From assembly GCF_018977255.1 (NCBI RefSeq), contig NW_024704742.1, positions 12,278,001-12,342,000 of the forward strand: 64,000 bases of DNA, in the 5' to 3' direction. Origin of the DNA: Callorhinchus milii. Taxonomy: Eukaryota. Position numbers and translations under genes: made by a program. Shown here piece by piece: positions 39,201-54,200 of this stretch. How positions within the stretch are numbered: the first letter of the stretch is position 1; each line of letters opens with the position of its first letter. Under the pieces are notes generated by a model. The model was not told the DNA's origin. It saw only the letters and a program-made list of their open reading frames with translations, and ran no database searches.

Positions 39201-42200
39201 CTGATTGTCCAGTGCCTTGGGACATCCTCCTGATGTGAAAGGCACTATACAAATGTAATTTTGTTGTTTTTCAAAAAACTTTATTTGAAGGAAACATCCA
39301 TTAGCTATTCTGATGAAGGGTGGTTGTTATGAAGATTAAATATGGGTAGCAATTTTGCATAGTATAGGGACCCCATACTATGTAAAGTTTGATAAAGTCA
39401 GACCAATGTGTGCTGCCTGAAAGCAATGGAAAAAAATGCAGAAATCCTGGGGGCAGTACATTTTTCTGTGGTGGTAATTCTACAATAAATACCATTATTC
39501 TAAGCCGTCTGCTGCACATTTTTTAAAATTAAGGACAGAGTAAAATATAAGTGCAGCGAAATGAGAATTAGGGAAGATCTAAGTTGTATAATCTCCATTT
39601 TTAACTTCTATTATTTTGGTTCCTGATTTCATAGGGGTAGTATATACATGTAAAGCTTGTGTAGTTTGGGTCATTGATTAAAAAGCAATTACTCAGAATA
39701 GATACAGATCTTATTCCCCCCTCCAAAAAAAGATGTTGGATGGATGAAAAGTAGATTGAGATAGATTCTCTAGACTGGAAGCAAAGCAAATTCTATGAAT
39801 GCATACACCTTTTATATTATAAACTGTGTTTTTGGATGCATAAAACCATCAACGCCATAAATCAATTGTGCAAATGAAACACAATAAATATATAAAATCT
39901 AACAACTGCTGTTAATCAGGTCTTTTCAGCCACCAAGAGTTGCAAAGGACAAAATTAGGTCAGACACCAGGAAGTATTTACTTAATTTAATGACAGGAAC
40001 AGGTTGCCAGGAAGAGCGGTTGAGGCCAGGACACTGAAAAGACAGGATGGTGGAAGATCTGAAAGGATGAGATCAGATGGGGCACTTTCTTCATCATAAC
40101 TTTCATCACTTTCTTCATCACAACTAATATCATGATTTTGTCACCAACACCATGAGAATTCAAAATAAGAAAACAACAAGCTGCTGTGTTACTGTCAGTA
40201 TGGTCTTGTGTATGAACAGGACTGACAAAAAAAAAAGCAAAAAAACAGCAAAAATATATACCTGCTGCATTGTTTACCTGAAATGAAGGCAAACCAAAAC
40301 TGGTCCTCAGTACTACCAAATTCTAGTCATCATAGAATCATAGAATTATACAGCACAAAAGGTGGCCATTCAGCCCTTCGTGTCTGTGTCGGCTCTTTGA
40401 AAAGAACTTTCCAATTTAATCCCACTTCCCCGCTCTCCCCATAGCCCTGCAAACTTGTCCTCCCCAAATAATTATCTACTTCTCTTTTAAAAGCTGTTAT
40501 CGAATTGGCTTCACCACCCTTTCAGGCAATGTATTCCAGATCCAAACAACTTGCTGTGTAAAAAAAATTTCTTCTCTTTTAAAAACTATTTTAAATCAGT
40601 GTCCTCGGGTTACCGGCCAACCCGCCAGGAAATAATTTCCCCTCGTTCACCCTATCGAATACCCTCATAATTTTGATAACTTCTGTTAAGTCTCCTCTAA
40701 CCTTCTCTGCTCCAAGGAGAATAATCCTAGCTTCTCGAGCCTCTCCTGATAACTGAAGTCCCTCATTCCTGGTACCATCCTGGTAAATCTCGTTTGCACA
40801 CTCTTTAATGCCTTGAAATTCTTCAAGGTGCTTAGAACTGAACACAGTCTCTCGCTGAGACCTAAGCAGTGTTTTATAAAGGTTCATCATAACTTCCTGA
40901 CATTTGTATTTTATGCCCCTATTTATAAAGCCTGGTATCCCGTATGCTTTTTTAACAGCTTTATCTACCTGTCCTGCCACCTTCAAAGATTTAGTTATAT
41001 GAAACCCCAAGTCTCTCTGTTCCTTCACCTCCTTTAAGATTCTACTATATTATTATATTGCCTCTCCTCATTCTTCCTCCAGAATGCATCACTTCTCATT
41101 TATCCACATTAAACTTCATCTGCCACGTGTCTGCCCATTTTACCAGTCTGTCTATGGCCATTTGCAGTCTGTTACTATTCTCCTCACTATTTACTGTATC
41201 ATCTGCAAACTTGGAAATTGTACTCCCTATACCCAACTCCAGGTTATTTATATAGCTCAAAAACAGCAGTGGTCCCAATACTGACCCACAGGGGATACCA
41301 TTGCACACTTCCCTCCAGTCGGAAAAACAACCGTAACTAACTTTATAAGTTAACAAACCATAACTTTATATGAAACAGAAAGTTAAAATGGATCCAAGTC
41401 CTGAATTTAATATGAGTACCTGCCTTACTTCAAATGATAAAGTTAGCATTTGTGAGCTGTGATTATTTTATTTTACAGTTATTTTACGGTCATATACAGT
41501 ATAAGGATTGTTTGGGAATTCTCTGCTAACTCTTTAGAGAAAGCATTTTCATGCGAAACATAAAAACTGATTATTATTCTTGTGGGTTGTTATTCTTCAG
41601 GATGAGATTGACAGTGTAATACTTGATTGTGCAGCTCTTGAATAAAATTGTTTCTGTCACACTGTCATTCATTTAAAATAAGTCTTCTCTCAGGCATTGT
41701 GGTAAACAATGGTAAAAGTGTCCTTGGTTTATTCCATTTATAGAAGTGTATTGATATCTAAAAATAATGCTTTTTGCAATGTTTCTATCAATAATGATAG
41801 CATTTGTTGCAATAATGCTCAAATACTACAAAACGCAGATCATGCTGAATAAGCACTCTACAATGTTGCAAACGTTACCTAATAAATGAGTTACCTATGA
41901 GGACGTTACATAACTATATCAATGTGGTTAAAGGAGAAATTTCTCTTATATTGTATTAGCACAACTTTCTAAATGGAAAATAATTGACATTAAAGATTCA
42001 TGACTTTTATATAATTTCTCCCACACACAAAACAGAATGTCCCTTTGTGCATGGCATTATCATTTAATTTATCCAAACATAAACTTCCTCTGCCGTAGTA
42101 GTTACTGTAAAAATCCCAGTTGCACACTGATTCGGGTATGCCTCCAGGAGTAAAATGAATACCAGTGAAACAAAGATTTAAGGGCTATTAAAAAGGACTG

Positions 42201-45200
42201 CCACAATTTATTTTATTTACAAGTAGTGGCTAGAATAAAGAAAGGAATATCCTAGGAATGGTGTAAGCTTTATATTTTATCTCTATTAGAATATTCCAGT
42301 CACTAACCTTTTTTGATAGACCAGGAACTGTTGAGAAGTTCTTGTTCACTTGAACTTCATAGGGTCTAACACTTGGTGACATATTGCCCTGATCAATAGA
42401 TTGTTGACGGTACACAGAACTGATGAAACATAACGTACACTTAGCCAGGATTATGCATTGCATAGTCTTGCCCCTGGAATAGCCAGTTAGTGGAACATTT
42501 GAAATTAATGCTATTATAAGAGAAGTATGGAGCCTTAATTTCTAAATTCCATCTGTTGTATCCAGTGTTCCAGAAAATACTTTATGGATGGCTTAATTGA
42601 TTCTCTTAAGGAGTGTTTTCTCAAAATCCAAATGGCATGACTTCTCTCCAGCAGGTGTGGAAACAATACTTTAACTGTGCAGCTTACTTGAGATGCGTAA
42701 TATGGGTATGAACTTCTTCAGTTTGTTTTTAAGTATTTTGGCAGTCAGATTCAAACTTTATATGTAAATGATGCAAATTTCAGGTCAAATCCACAATTTT
42801 CAAAGTCAAATCCATTCCCAATTCAAATGTGTTAAATGTGTCAAAATCTTTATTCCTGTATCAAGTGTACGACAGAAGAAGTCAAATCAATATAAAATAA
42901 GGTTCACTCAATTGAAATAGGATGTCCCTGTTTATACACACTTGATAAATGATAGATTATAATTATTATCCCTCTGTTATCTGAGCTGATACTTCCATCA
43001 GATTTAAGTGATATGTGTTATAGACTCAATTAAATGCTTATTTCAGGATTCTTTTAATCCCAATAGGAAAGTAAGCAATAATGTAAATAACATTCCCATT
43101 GACCCACTTTACAGGGGGGATGCAAAGAAAATTGTCTGTGGCCATTGCATTTGTGGGAGGATCAAAAACAGTGATTTTGGATGAGCCGACTGCAGGTGTC
43201 GATCCATACGCCAGAAGAGGAATATGGGAATTGCTTCTAAAGTATAAGCCAGGTACAGTAAATTGGCCAATGAAAAATAGTAGGTAATGATGCAGTATGC
43301 TGTCACCTGAAGCTGACCAGGTTTATCTTTGCTAATAACAATAATAGTCCTTATATTTTGGTACAACGCCTTTCATGTCAGGAGGATGTGCTAAAGCAAT
43401 TCACAGGACATACTGTAAAGTGGTGTGATTGTGTTTTGTGGGCTAATATAGCAACCAGTTGCTCATATTAATGGAACAAATGACCAGTTTTATTTGGGGG
43501 GGGTTGTTACCCAGGACAATGGGAGAGAGAAACTCTTTTCAAATAGTGCCATGGAATCATTCACCTCAACAGGCAGACGGGGCCACGGTTTAATGTCTCA
43601 TCCAACATATGGCACCTCCAACAATGACAGTAATCTGTATTTTATAGAACATCTTTCACACTCAAGGCGCTTAACAGTCTGAGGCCAAGTCGGGGCGAGG
43701 GGGAAGGTGACTGTAAGAACAGTTGAAGAGGAAGGTTTTCAAGTGTGATCTGAAAATGGGGAAAGAAGGGGAAGGTCCAGGGATTTGGGCAAAGAGTTCC
43801 ATAAGCACTGCAACGGAGTGTCAGCTTAGACTCTAGGAGTTCCAAGTACCAACATGGGGCTTGAACCCACAATCAACTTAGCCAACCTGACACATCATTT
43901 GCAATTGGCAAATTAAAGCACAAATAGCTTAGTTCCTGCAAAGCTTGGTTCTTGATTCAGTGGTAACTGATGTTTTTGAAAGGTAAAACACACAGCATAA
44001 AACTATCATATGAATTCATTTTAATTGCACATCCCATTTCAAATGTCACTGGAATTATTATGCACTCCCACCTGCAACTTAAATCATGGAGTGAGTGCTG
44101 GAGTTTATTTTGATTGATTATGTTTGTTATTTTTCAAGTGAGCATGCATCAAGATGAAAGGATTAGGGAATCAAACTTCTCATTTTTGCATTAGGCCCTC
44201 CCCAATCGAGGTTTTTTTTCTTAAAGATTTTTGTACAACAAATAATAATTGATAAAATTATGGTTTTTGTTTGTCCACACTTTGTGTACCTTAAAAACAT
44301 CAATTGTGTTTAACAATTGCATCGTTTTGAGTAAATAGAACATAAATCAGGTCTGACACTCATTAAGATGAGTGCAAACCACTTGAGTCTTTCTGAAGAC
44401 CCAGTTATACTATGCTTTTAGCAACCACGTGATGTAGAAATTACATCAATCCATTCTGAAAATGCCACTTAAATGCAGTTGCAGTCACCCAATCCAAAAA
44501 AGTGATTCATGCATCTGGTTGGTGAGCAGCCACCACGAGATAAAAATCCTTGCATATGATATAGCGCCTTATCACACCTTCAAGATGTCCCAAAACACTT
44601 CACAGAATATACTGCAAAGTGAATTGACTATATATTTTGGGCGAAACGCAGCAGCCAATTGCGCACAGCTTTGCCAGTAAAACAGTTTCCTTTCTTACAG
44701 AGATGGCTTTGCCACTAAAACAATTTCCTTTATTAGTCTGACTGAAGACATTGAAATAGGTCCCTCATAAGTTCTTGATCGGTCCCTTTTGAAAACATTT
44801 TTTAAAAAACTAGCAGTAGACCAGTGCTATAAGTCAACCTGCCTTATAACAAGTATGTCCTGTGTACATAAATGATGTATCTTCTCATGCTTTGGAAACA
44901 TTAAAGAGAATTATACCACATAGTTTGTTTCAAATCAATATACATAGCTGGCCCCTAAGGGCAAATCTCAAAGCCAGTTTTATCTAACTAGTTTGGTTCC
45001 CTACAACTTGTCCTGCCATTTCAAAGTGGGAAAAAATCATCTGGATGAAATGCACTTGACTATTTCATTTTTGCTGACACATTAGCCTGATTTAACTTCT
45101 GTAGGTAGTTGGGGCATATGGTTGTGAAGCATATAGCAGTGTATATACTGTATATACTGTATATAGTGTATATACTGTAGTGTCAGGCTGCGTCACTTGG

Positions 45201-48200
45201 TAGCACTCACAGTCAAAAGATTGTGGGGTCAAGTCCCATATCGGACTTTGTGCTTACAGTCAAAACTGACATTCCAGTGTTAAGAGGCCTGCATTGTCGG
45301 AGGTGTTGTCCTTCGGATGAAATGTTAAATGGTCCCATCTGTCTATTCAGGTGATTGTTCAAATCACATGTCACTATTTGAAAAAAAGAAGAGTTTCTCT
45401 CAATATCCTTGCGAATTCTCCAAAGAAAATAAATGATTAGTTAGTTCTTGTCCATTTGTATCTTGGCTGTCATTTTCACCTGCAAATAAGGTGAAGTGCT
45501 TTGAGATGTTTCAGTGCCTTGGAATGTCCTCACAACGTGGAAGGCATTATACAAATGTAATTTTGTATTTGTAATTTTGTACTTGTATGTTTATAATAAT
45601 AATCATCCTTGCATTTGAGGTTTATTATGAACAGAGTGAACACAACATGCATTAACAAGTTACTACAAATGTCTAACAAATTTATCACGTCTTCGAGATG
45701 TCTCAAAGCTCTGTATAGTATACACTGTAAAGTGAATTGACTGGGTATATTTTGTATGCAAAACATAATTGTTTCAACATAATGTGCTAAATCTGATGCA
45801 ATGATGATGATTTCTGCTGTTTACTGTTGATACTCTTGATCTTCCCTCTCCTCTTTCAAGGCACATCTCAAAACAAACCTCTTTGACTGCACTTTCAGTT
45901 ATCTTTCTCCTCCCCACTTATCTCAGCTCCCACACTCAAATTGGGTGCCCTTCCAGCAGTGGAACGCTTTGAGACATCCTCCTGGTGAAAATATAAATAT
46001 AAATGTAAATTGCATAGTAAACTCCATCTAAACATAAATTTTTTAAAAAATTATTTACCAGTAAAATGTGTAAAATCATATGTCAGTATGTTTCAAAAGT
46101 CATCACTATGTGTAGTCTTCAAAGAGTACTAATTGATTTGTAAATGAAATTGAATCAAAATGACATTCTCATGTGGTCTGAAACTTTGCACAATCAGATA
46201 ATAGTTACTTTCTACTGTCACCATGCATCGTTTCCATCCTTGAGAACCACCATGACGATGCAATCCAATTTCTTACGCACTCACAGCCTTATCTAATTCA
46301 ATACGACTACATTATCACATAAATTAGTAAATATGAGTTGTGCTTGTTGTCTTTATCTCAGTTATGATCTAAATGGATGTAAATCTCCTTATATTGCGCT
46401 TCTTTGGTTTAACATTGTTGGGATTTCCGATCCAGTAGTTCAAAATATGACTCGACAATCCAAATATGGTGTAGCAAGGTTTATTATGAACAGAGTGAAC
46501 ACAACATGCATTAACAAGTTACTACAAAGGTCTAACAAATTATACTACCAGTCTTTGTGAACAGTCATAGAACACCTTCCTTAATCTCCTTAAAGGGACC
46601 TATCCACACTGGTCTCTCTCTCTCTGGAGCCTTCCTGTTCTTCTAACTGTTCTCACCTAGAAGTGGGCTAGTTATACCCTCTTTCCAAGTGTCCTTTTCC
46701 TAGGGCCCCTCTACCCACTTCTGATACTGTCATGAGTAATGAAGTTCAGTGCAATTAATTAATAACATAAGAATTAGGAGCAGGAGTAGGCTATTTGGCC
46801 CCTGGAGCCTGCCCCGCCATTTGATCAGATCATGGCTGATCTTCAGACCTAACTCTAATTACCTGCCCTATCCCCATATCCCCTAATCCCTGTTTTTTAA
46901 AAATCTATCAGTCTCAGCATTGAAGATGTTCAAGGACTGAGCATCTACAGCCTTCTGGGGTAGTGAATTCCATAAATTCACTACCCTCTGAGTGAAGAAA
47001 TGTTTCCTCAACTCTGTTCTAAAAGGCTGACCCTTAATTTTAAGACTGTGACCCCTGGTTATAGATTCTCCTACCAGGGGAAACAGACCCTCAGTGTCTA
47101 CTTTATTCAGCCCTTTAAGAATTGTATATGTTTCAATAAGATCTCCCCTAATTCTTCTGTACTCTAGAGAATATAGCCCTAGTTTATTCAGCCTATCCTC
47201 ATAGGTCAGTCCCCTCATCCCAGGAACTAACCTTGTGAATCTACGCTGCACTAAGGCAATCTTAGGCAAGTATGTCCTTTTTCAAATAAGGAGACCAAAA
47301 CTGCACACAATACTCTAGGTGCGGTCTCACCAAGACCCTATATATAGTTGCAGCAAGACTTCCCTAATCTTGTACTCTGAACCTTTTGCAATGAACGCTA
47401 ACATGCCGTTCACCTTCTTAGTTGCTTACTGCACCTGCAAACTAACTTTTTGAGACTGGTGTACAAGGACACCCAAATCCCTCTGAACACTAACACTATC
47501 TAATCTCTCCCCTTCTAGAAAATAATCTGTTTTTCTATTTTTGCAACCTAGGTGCAACCTAACTTCACATTTCTCCATATTAAATTCCATCTGCCACCTA
47601 CTTGCCCACTCCCCGAGCCTATCTATATCCCGTTGCAATCTTTTTGCATCATCCTCAGAGCTTACTCTCCCACCTAGTTTAGTGTCATCCACGAATTTAG
47701 ATACATTACATTCAATGTCCTCGTCTAGATCATTGATATAAATTGTAAATAGCTGAGGCCCAAGCACTGATCCTTGTGGCACTCCACTAGTCACATCCTG
47801 CCAATTCGAGAATTACCCGTTTATCCCTACTTTCTGATTTCTACCCGTTAGCCACTTTTCAATCCATGCTAATATGTTCCCATTAATCCCGTGGGCCTTA
47901 ACCTTGTGCAATAGCCTTTTGTGTGGCACTTTGTCAAATGCCTTTTTAAAATCTAAATATACTACATCTACTGGTTCCCCCTATCTAACCTGCTAGATAC
48001 ATCTTCAAAAAACTCTAAAAGATTAGTTAAGCATGACTTCCCTTTTGTAAAGCCATGTTGACTCTGCCTAATCTTGTTATGGTCTTCCAGGAATCCCATA
48101 ACGACATCCTTAATTAAGGACTCAAGAATTTTCCCTACCACTGATGTCAGACTAACTGGTCTATAGTTCCCCATCTTTTCTCTCCCACCCTTCTTAAATA

Positions 48201-51200
48201 GTGGTGTTACGTTTGCAATCTTCCAATCAATGGGAACCGTTCCAGAATCCAGAGAATTTTGGAAGATCAAAGACAAGCCATCCACTATCTCAGTAGCCAC
48301 CTCTTTTAAAACCCTAGGATGTAGGCCATCAGGTCCAGGGGATTTATCAGTTTTAAGACCTGATAATTTACCTAAAACCATTTCTTTACTAATATTAATT
48401 ACCCCAAGTTGCTCGCTAACATTTCTTCTTGGTTCCCCTCTATTCTTGGTAGGTTTTCAGTGTCTTCTAAGGTGAAGACAGTAGCAAAGTACTTGTTTAA
48501 TGACTCTGCCATGTCTTTGTCCCCTACTATAATTCCCCCCGTCTCTGCCTGTAGCGGACCCACATTTACCTTTGACAGCCTCTTCCTCTTTATATATTTA
48601 TAAAAACTCTTGCAGTCTGTCTTTATGTTCTTGCTAGTTTGCCCTCATATTCCATTTTCTCCCTCTTAATCACTTTTTTGGTTCTCCTTTGTTGATCCCT
48701 AAAGTTCTCCCAATCCTCGGGTTTACTACTCATCTTAGCTGTTTTATAGGCTTCTTCCTTTAACTTTATACTTTCCCTAACTGCTCTAGTTAGCCACGGT
48801 TGGGCCACCTTTCCCGTGGCATTCTTATTCCTCAAAGGAATACGTGCTCGCTGGGAATTTTGCACTATCTCCTTAAACGTCTGCCATTGCTGGTCTACTG
48901 TCAAATCCTTAAGTCTAATTTCCCAGTTTATTTTGGCTAAATCCTCTCTCATACCAGCAAAGTTGGCTCTACTTCAATTTAAAACCTTTGCTTCGGACTT
49001 AACTATTTCTCTTTCTAACTTAATGCTAAATTCCATCATATTATGATCGCTTTGCCCTAGAGGAGCCTTAATTTCCAGTTTGCTGATCAGCTCTGCTTCA
49101 TTGCACAAAACAAGGTCTAATATGGCCTGTTCCCTGGTTGGCTCCTCGGCATACTGATCTAGATAATTATCCCTAATACATTCTATAAACTCTTCCTCTA
49201 TCATACTTTTCCCAATTTGGTTGTCCCAATCTATGTGCAGATTAAAATCACCCACAATTAATGTTTTTCCTTTACTACATGCTCTGCTAATTTCCTGATT
49301 TATACCTTGAGAGATACTGTGACTGCTGTTCGGGGGTCTATAAACCTCTTCCACTAGAGTTTTCTGCCCCTTGTTGTTACGTACCTCTACCCATACTGAC
49401 TCTACTTCCTGCTTTTCTGATTTAAAATTTTTCCTCTCTACTACTTTTATCCCATCCTTTATTAGCAGGGCCGCCTCCCCTCCTCGTTTACCACATTGCC
49501 TATCTTTCCTATACACCACGTACCCTGGAATATTTAGCTCCCACCCTTGATCTCCCTGTAACCATGTCTCGGTGATAGCTACCAGATCATACCCGTTTGT
49601 TTCTATTTGTGCATTTAACTCATCTATCTTGTTTTGAATGCTTTGCGCATTCAGATATAGCATCTTTAATTCTGACTTCGGGCTATTAATCCTATTCACC
49701 AGTACCCTATCCCTGGGCTTCCTTTCCCTGCTTGACACCCTTTGCTCATCTCCCTGGTTAATCTGCTCTCCCACTTTCATCGGTCCTAATTTTAATTGTA
49801 ACAGATTACATGTGATTGAATTTACCCCCCCCCCACCCCCTCAGTAGTTTAAAGCCCTGTCTACCTCCCTATTTATTTGTGTTGCCAGGACATTTGTCCC
49901 AGCCCTGTTCAGGTGGAGTCCATTCCTTTGGAATAGCTCCTGTCTCCCCCAATAATGGTGCCAGTGGCCTATAAAGTGAAATCCCTGCCCTCCGCACCAT
50001 TCTTTTAGCCAGGTATTCAGCTCTTTAATTTTCTTTTGCCTGTACCAATTTGCCCCTGGCTCAGGTAATAATCCCGATATTAATACCTTCGATGTTCTAC
50101 TCTTTAGCTTAACTCCCAATTCCTGGAACTTGCTCCTCAACCTGTCCTACCTACATCATTGGTCCCTATGTGAATCATAACTATTGGATCCACTCCCTCC
50201 TGCTTCAAATTTTTCTCCAGCCCAGAAGTGACGTTCTTCACCCTGGCCCCAGGAAGGCAATAGTCTTCTTGTCTCCCGGCTACAGCTGCAGAAAAGTGCA
50301 TCAGTCTTCCTGACTGTCTCATCCCCAATTACCACTATATTCTTTCTGACTATTCCCAGTGTGGCCTCCTGTATAGAGGTGTTGGGGTAAGTTTGCCTAT
50401 CTTCCTCACAGACTTCCTTGCCCACACAGGTTGCAAGTATTTCATATCTGTTGGACAAGTAAAAGCCTGGGGTTCCTCTGCCCCTCTCTTTCGGGTCCCC
50501 TTACGCGCCTGTCTCACCCAGTCCTGTCCGTGGCTGGCAACGGAATGTTCCCTGGGACTCGTGGGAGTGTCTGGCTCCAGGATGAAACTGTCCAGGAAGC
50601 TCTCCCCATCTCTAATGCTGCGCAGTCTCTCCACCTGAGACTCCAGCTCAGCTATTCTAAGTTGGAGCTTGCTCAGTCGCAGACATTTGCTGCAGATGAA
50701 GTCACCTGGGCTCAGGGCCCTCCATCAACTCTCACATGCCACATTCCTCGCACAGCACCTGCCAGGCCATTATCTATCTTATTATCTTACTTTATCTTAT
50801 CTTACTTCCCTTTAGATATATAACCTGCACCTACTTCCCACTCTCACCCAATTCCTTCTCACTCTCGCCTCACTCCGGACATAGCTCACTCTGGGTTCAC
50901 TGCTCGAGTAAGGCTCTCGCAGCTATCCCCTTTTTATACCCTCTGGATGCAATCAGTTTCCAATTGATTAGATTGATACAGTGGCTGTGATTAGGAATCA
51001 ACTTGTTAACGTGGTTCGATCAATGTTGATTATAGAATATCTCTTCTTAAGATTGGTTAGACTTGTCTTCTTCATTCTCAAACTTAGATCTTTTTAGTCA
51101 CGTCTGCCAAGTCGGCAGTGAGACCTTCAACAGCTTGTTTTTACCATTCTTTGTAGGATTAAAGACGTATCCTTCAAGGTCGGTAAACTCCTTTTGTTCT

Positions 51201-54200
51201 TGGCAATTTTATGTACTGCTGTTACCAATGTCCTTGAGAGTCCATAGAATCAGTTCAATTTCAGCCAAACAAGTCATCAGCCTTCACGATATCCTTTTTG
51301 GACAACTTAAGTCAAACCAGAATTCTGGGTTTGCGAAAGGTCCAGTCCCCACCTCGACCTGACAACACAGCCCACTATCACCATCAGAATCTTCACCATT
51401 GCCTTTTATCTCAGCCACCACATCAATCCTTTCAACTACTATTAGCATCTGTAATTACAGCACATCATTATCAATAATATCATGATGAACAAATAGTATG
51501 GTCACAGAAATGTGAAATATTATTTCAGTGGATGTTCTCTCTATCCTTGCCTGCTGGCTTTGAGCATCACTGAAATACTGGAATAGACAAAGTAAATGTT
51601 ACATAAAATAAATCAGAACAATGACATTCTTAATACTATTACTTCTCCTTCTTGAACTATCAGTGTTTACCTATTGACCCCGTCATCGCGCACTGTACCA
51701 AACCCGACCCATACAAAACCCGCACGGTTGCCAATGTAGACCCTGTCCTCTGCACAGGTATTGGCCGCTGTTGTGAAGTAGACGATTAATTGGGTTGTAC
51801 TTGTCCACTCATCTCCCCTCCAGACCTTCGAGCTGAAATTGAATGTGAAGACCGGCTTTGTGGGTGGGAGGGCAAACAAAGTATAAGTCATCCCAGAAGA
51901 AGTCGCCGGAAGGAAAGTGACCTCCATAGGGTGTAATGAGCCATTGTCAGTATCTGTAGGAACTAAATCACAAAGTGAAATCTCCCGTTTCTTTAAACAC
52001 TTCAGTTAGTTAATATGATTGCAGTAAAGTTGGTGACCATCATGTGAAGTGGGAATAGAAATTTGATCTATTTGTGTTACTGCCTCAAAATACTTGTACT
52101 ACTAGCTTTACCAGGGATTCAATTGTAGCTTGGACATGATCATTAACTGTAAATACAGTTTTGCTTTATGTGGAAACCAAAGGGTTAACTCTCTCTGAGC
52201 AGCTGGTGCTGGTCAGCATGAAGCAGTGAGTGTCCGTTTGTTTACAAAAATCGAAGTCCGAGCAGTCAGTGAATTTAAACTGCTCACATTCAGTGGCTAC
52301 AGTTTGTGATTTTTTAAAGTTTCTGTGCTGTATAAAGTTCTCTTCTCTTGTTTTTTTCAATGAACCCATCCTACTCTCTTTCTCTCTCAACTTTTGTTAA
52401 TCTCTTTATTTGAGCAAACAGCATTTTGACCTTTCCTGACTCCTCACAAGTATCAAGGAGGCTGAACTGTTTGAGGGCTTCCAAATTAGCCAAAACGTCA
52501 TCTGTTTGGTCTGGAGGCATATCGGTGAGACACAAGGATCTATACATTGCTCAATCAGTTGTCTCATTGCTTGTAACTCCTTCTGTAATCTTTCAAATTC
52601 AGAAGTAACCATTTGTCCCAATCTTTCTTCAAAATTTGACTCTTTAATACCTTTCTTAGTTTCACCTTTACAATCCTTCGGTATTGGTGGTTTTGTCATT
52701 GATTTGAATTTATCCCTTTACCTTTCCCCCTTCTTTTACCTGAATTAATTTGTCTTGTTTTGTCTTTTAAACCTTGCAGTGAACCCTTGTTCTCCTGCAC
52801 TTTTTCAGTTTTTTCCTCCACTAAGGCTGCTACTTGTGCTTTATGTTTGTCCACTTCTTCATTTTTCTCACGTTTAATTCCATCAATTTATTTTCTTGCT
52901 TCATCTCGTTCTGAGTTAAACTTCTCTGTCTCCACGCTCATCTCTCGTTCTCTCTCTCTCTCTCTCTCTCTGGAGCCTTCCTGTTCTTCTAACTATTCTC
53001 ACTTATAGGTGGACTAGTTACACCCTTTTTTCAAGGGTCCTTTAGACGAGTGGAGTGTAAGCAGGTAGGGGAAGTGCCACGAAATGAAGTGATTTGTACA
53101 TCAGCTTAAGGATCTTGAAATCAATCTGTTTTGCAATAGGGAGCTAGTGGAGCCGGGTAAGGACCGGGGTGATAGAGATGCGGAATTTAGTAGGGATAAG
53201 GAATAACGTGGAATTTAGAATTAATTGGATTTTATGAACAGTGTAGCAGGGGAGACTGGCAAGTAGGGCATTTGGAATGTCCAGAACTCTCCCACAGTTT
53301 TGTAATCCTCCTAGAGTCCTGTAGCTCAGTGGTTAGAGCACTCTCTTCACAAGCGAGAGATCTGGGTTTGATTCCCGGCAGGGCGAAATGTTGGACAAGT
53401 TTCCTTACTTCACATTTGTGGAGTCCCGTAGCTCAGTGGTTAGAGCACTCGCCTTGCAAGTGAGAGACCTGAGTTCAATTCCAGGCAGAGGGTGAAACCT
53501 TGGGCAAGTTTCCTTACTCCACACAGAGCCTAATAATAATCCCTCCAAAAAAACAAAAACAATAATAAATTGGTCATTTTCAATCTATGACTGTTTGTGG
53601 GACATTGCTGTGCGCAATTGGCTGCCGCGTTCGCCCACAAATATACAGTCAATTCACTTTACAGTGTGTTCTGTGAAGCGCTTTGGGACATCCTCCCGAC
53701 GTGAAAAGCGCTATATCAAATGCAAGGATTATTATTATTATTATGCCTCTGTTTACCTAGCAGTAAGTAAGAACCCGGTTGTTAGTCGGTTGTCGGATCG
53801 CTTTTCCGGCTGTAATAATTCCTTAAAGAAAAGAATAAATTGGTCACTTCAATCCACAACTATTTGTGGGACACTGCTGTGTGCAATTGGCTGCCATGTT
53901 TCGCTAACAAAATATACAGTCAATTCACTTTACAGTATATTCTGCGAGGCGCTTTGAGAAGTTTCGAGGATGTGATACGGCATTATATCAAATACAAGGA
54001 TTATTATTATCTTTGTTTGGCTCCACTAGCTCCCTATCATCCAGGAGATCAAATTCTAAATTCCCTCCCTCAAATTCAAATTTAGTCCATGGCCTCACCC
54101 CACCCCATCTCTGTGACACCCACAATCCATCTGCCCTGACCATTCCCTCTGTCCTACCATTAGTGACAGAGCTTCCAACTCTATGGAACTCAATCCTGGA

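Noticed and set aside
45139..45182. Short tandem (tgtatatac)n repeat; also small duplications at 5519-5550 and ~14578-14602
   Set aside because: Ordinary slippage repeats with no spacers; not CRISPR-like.
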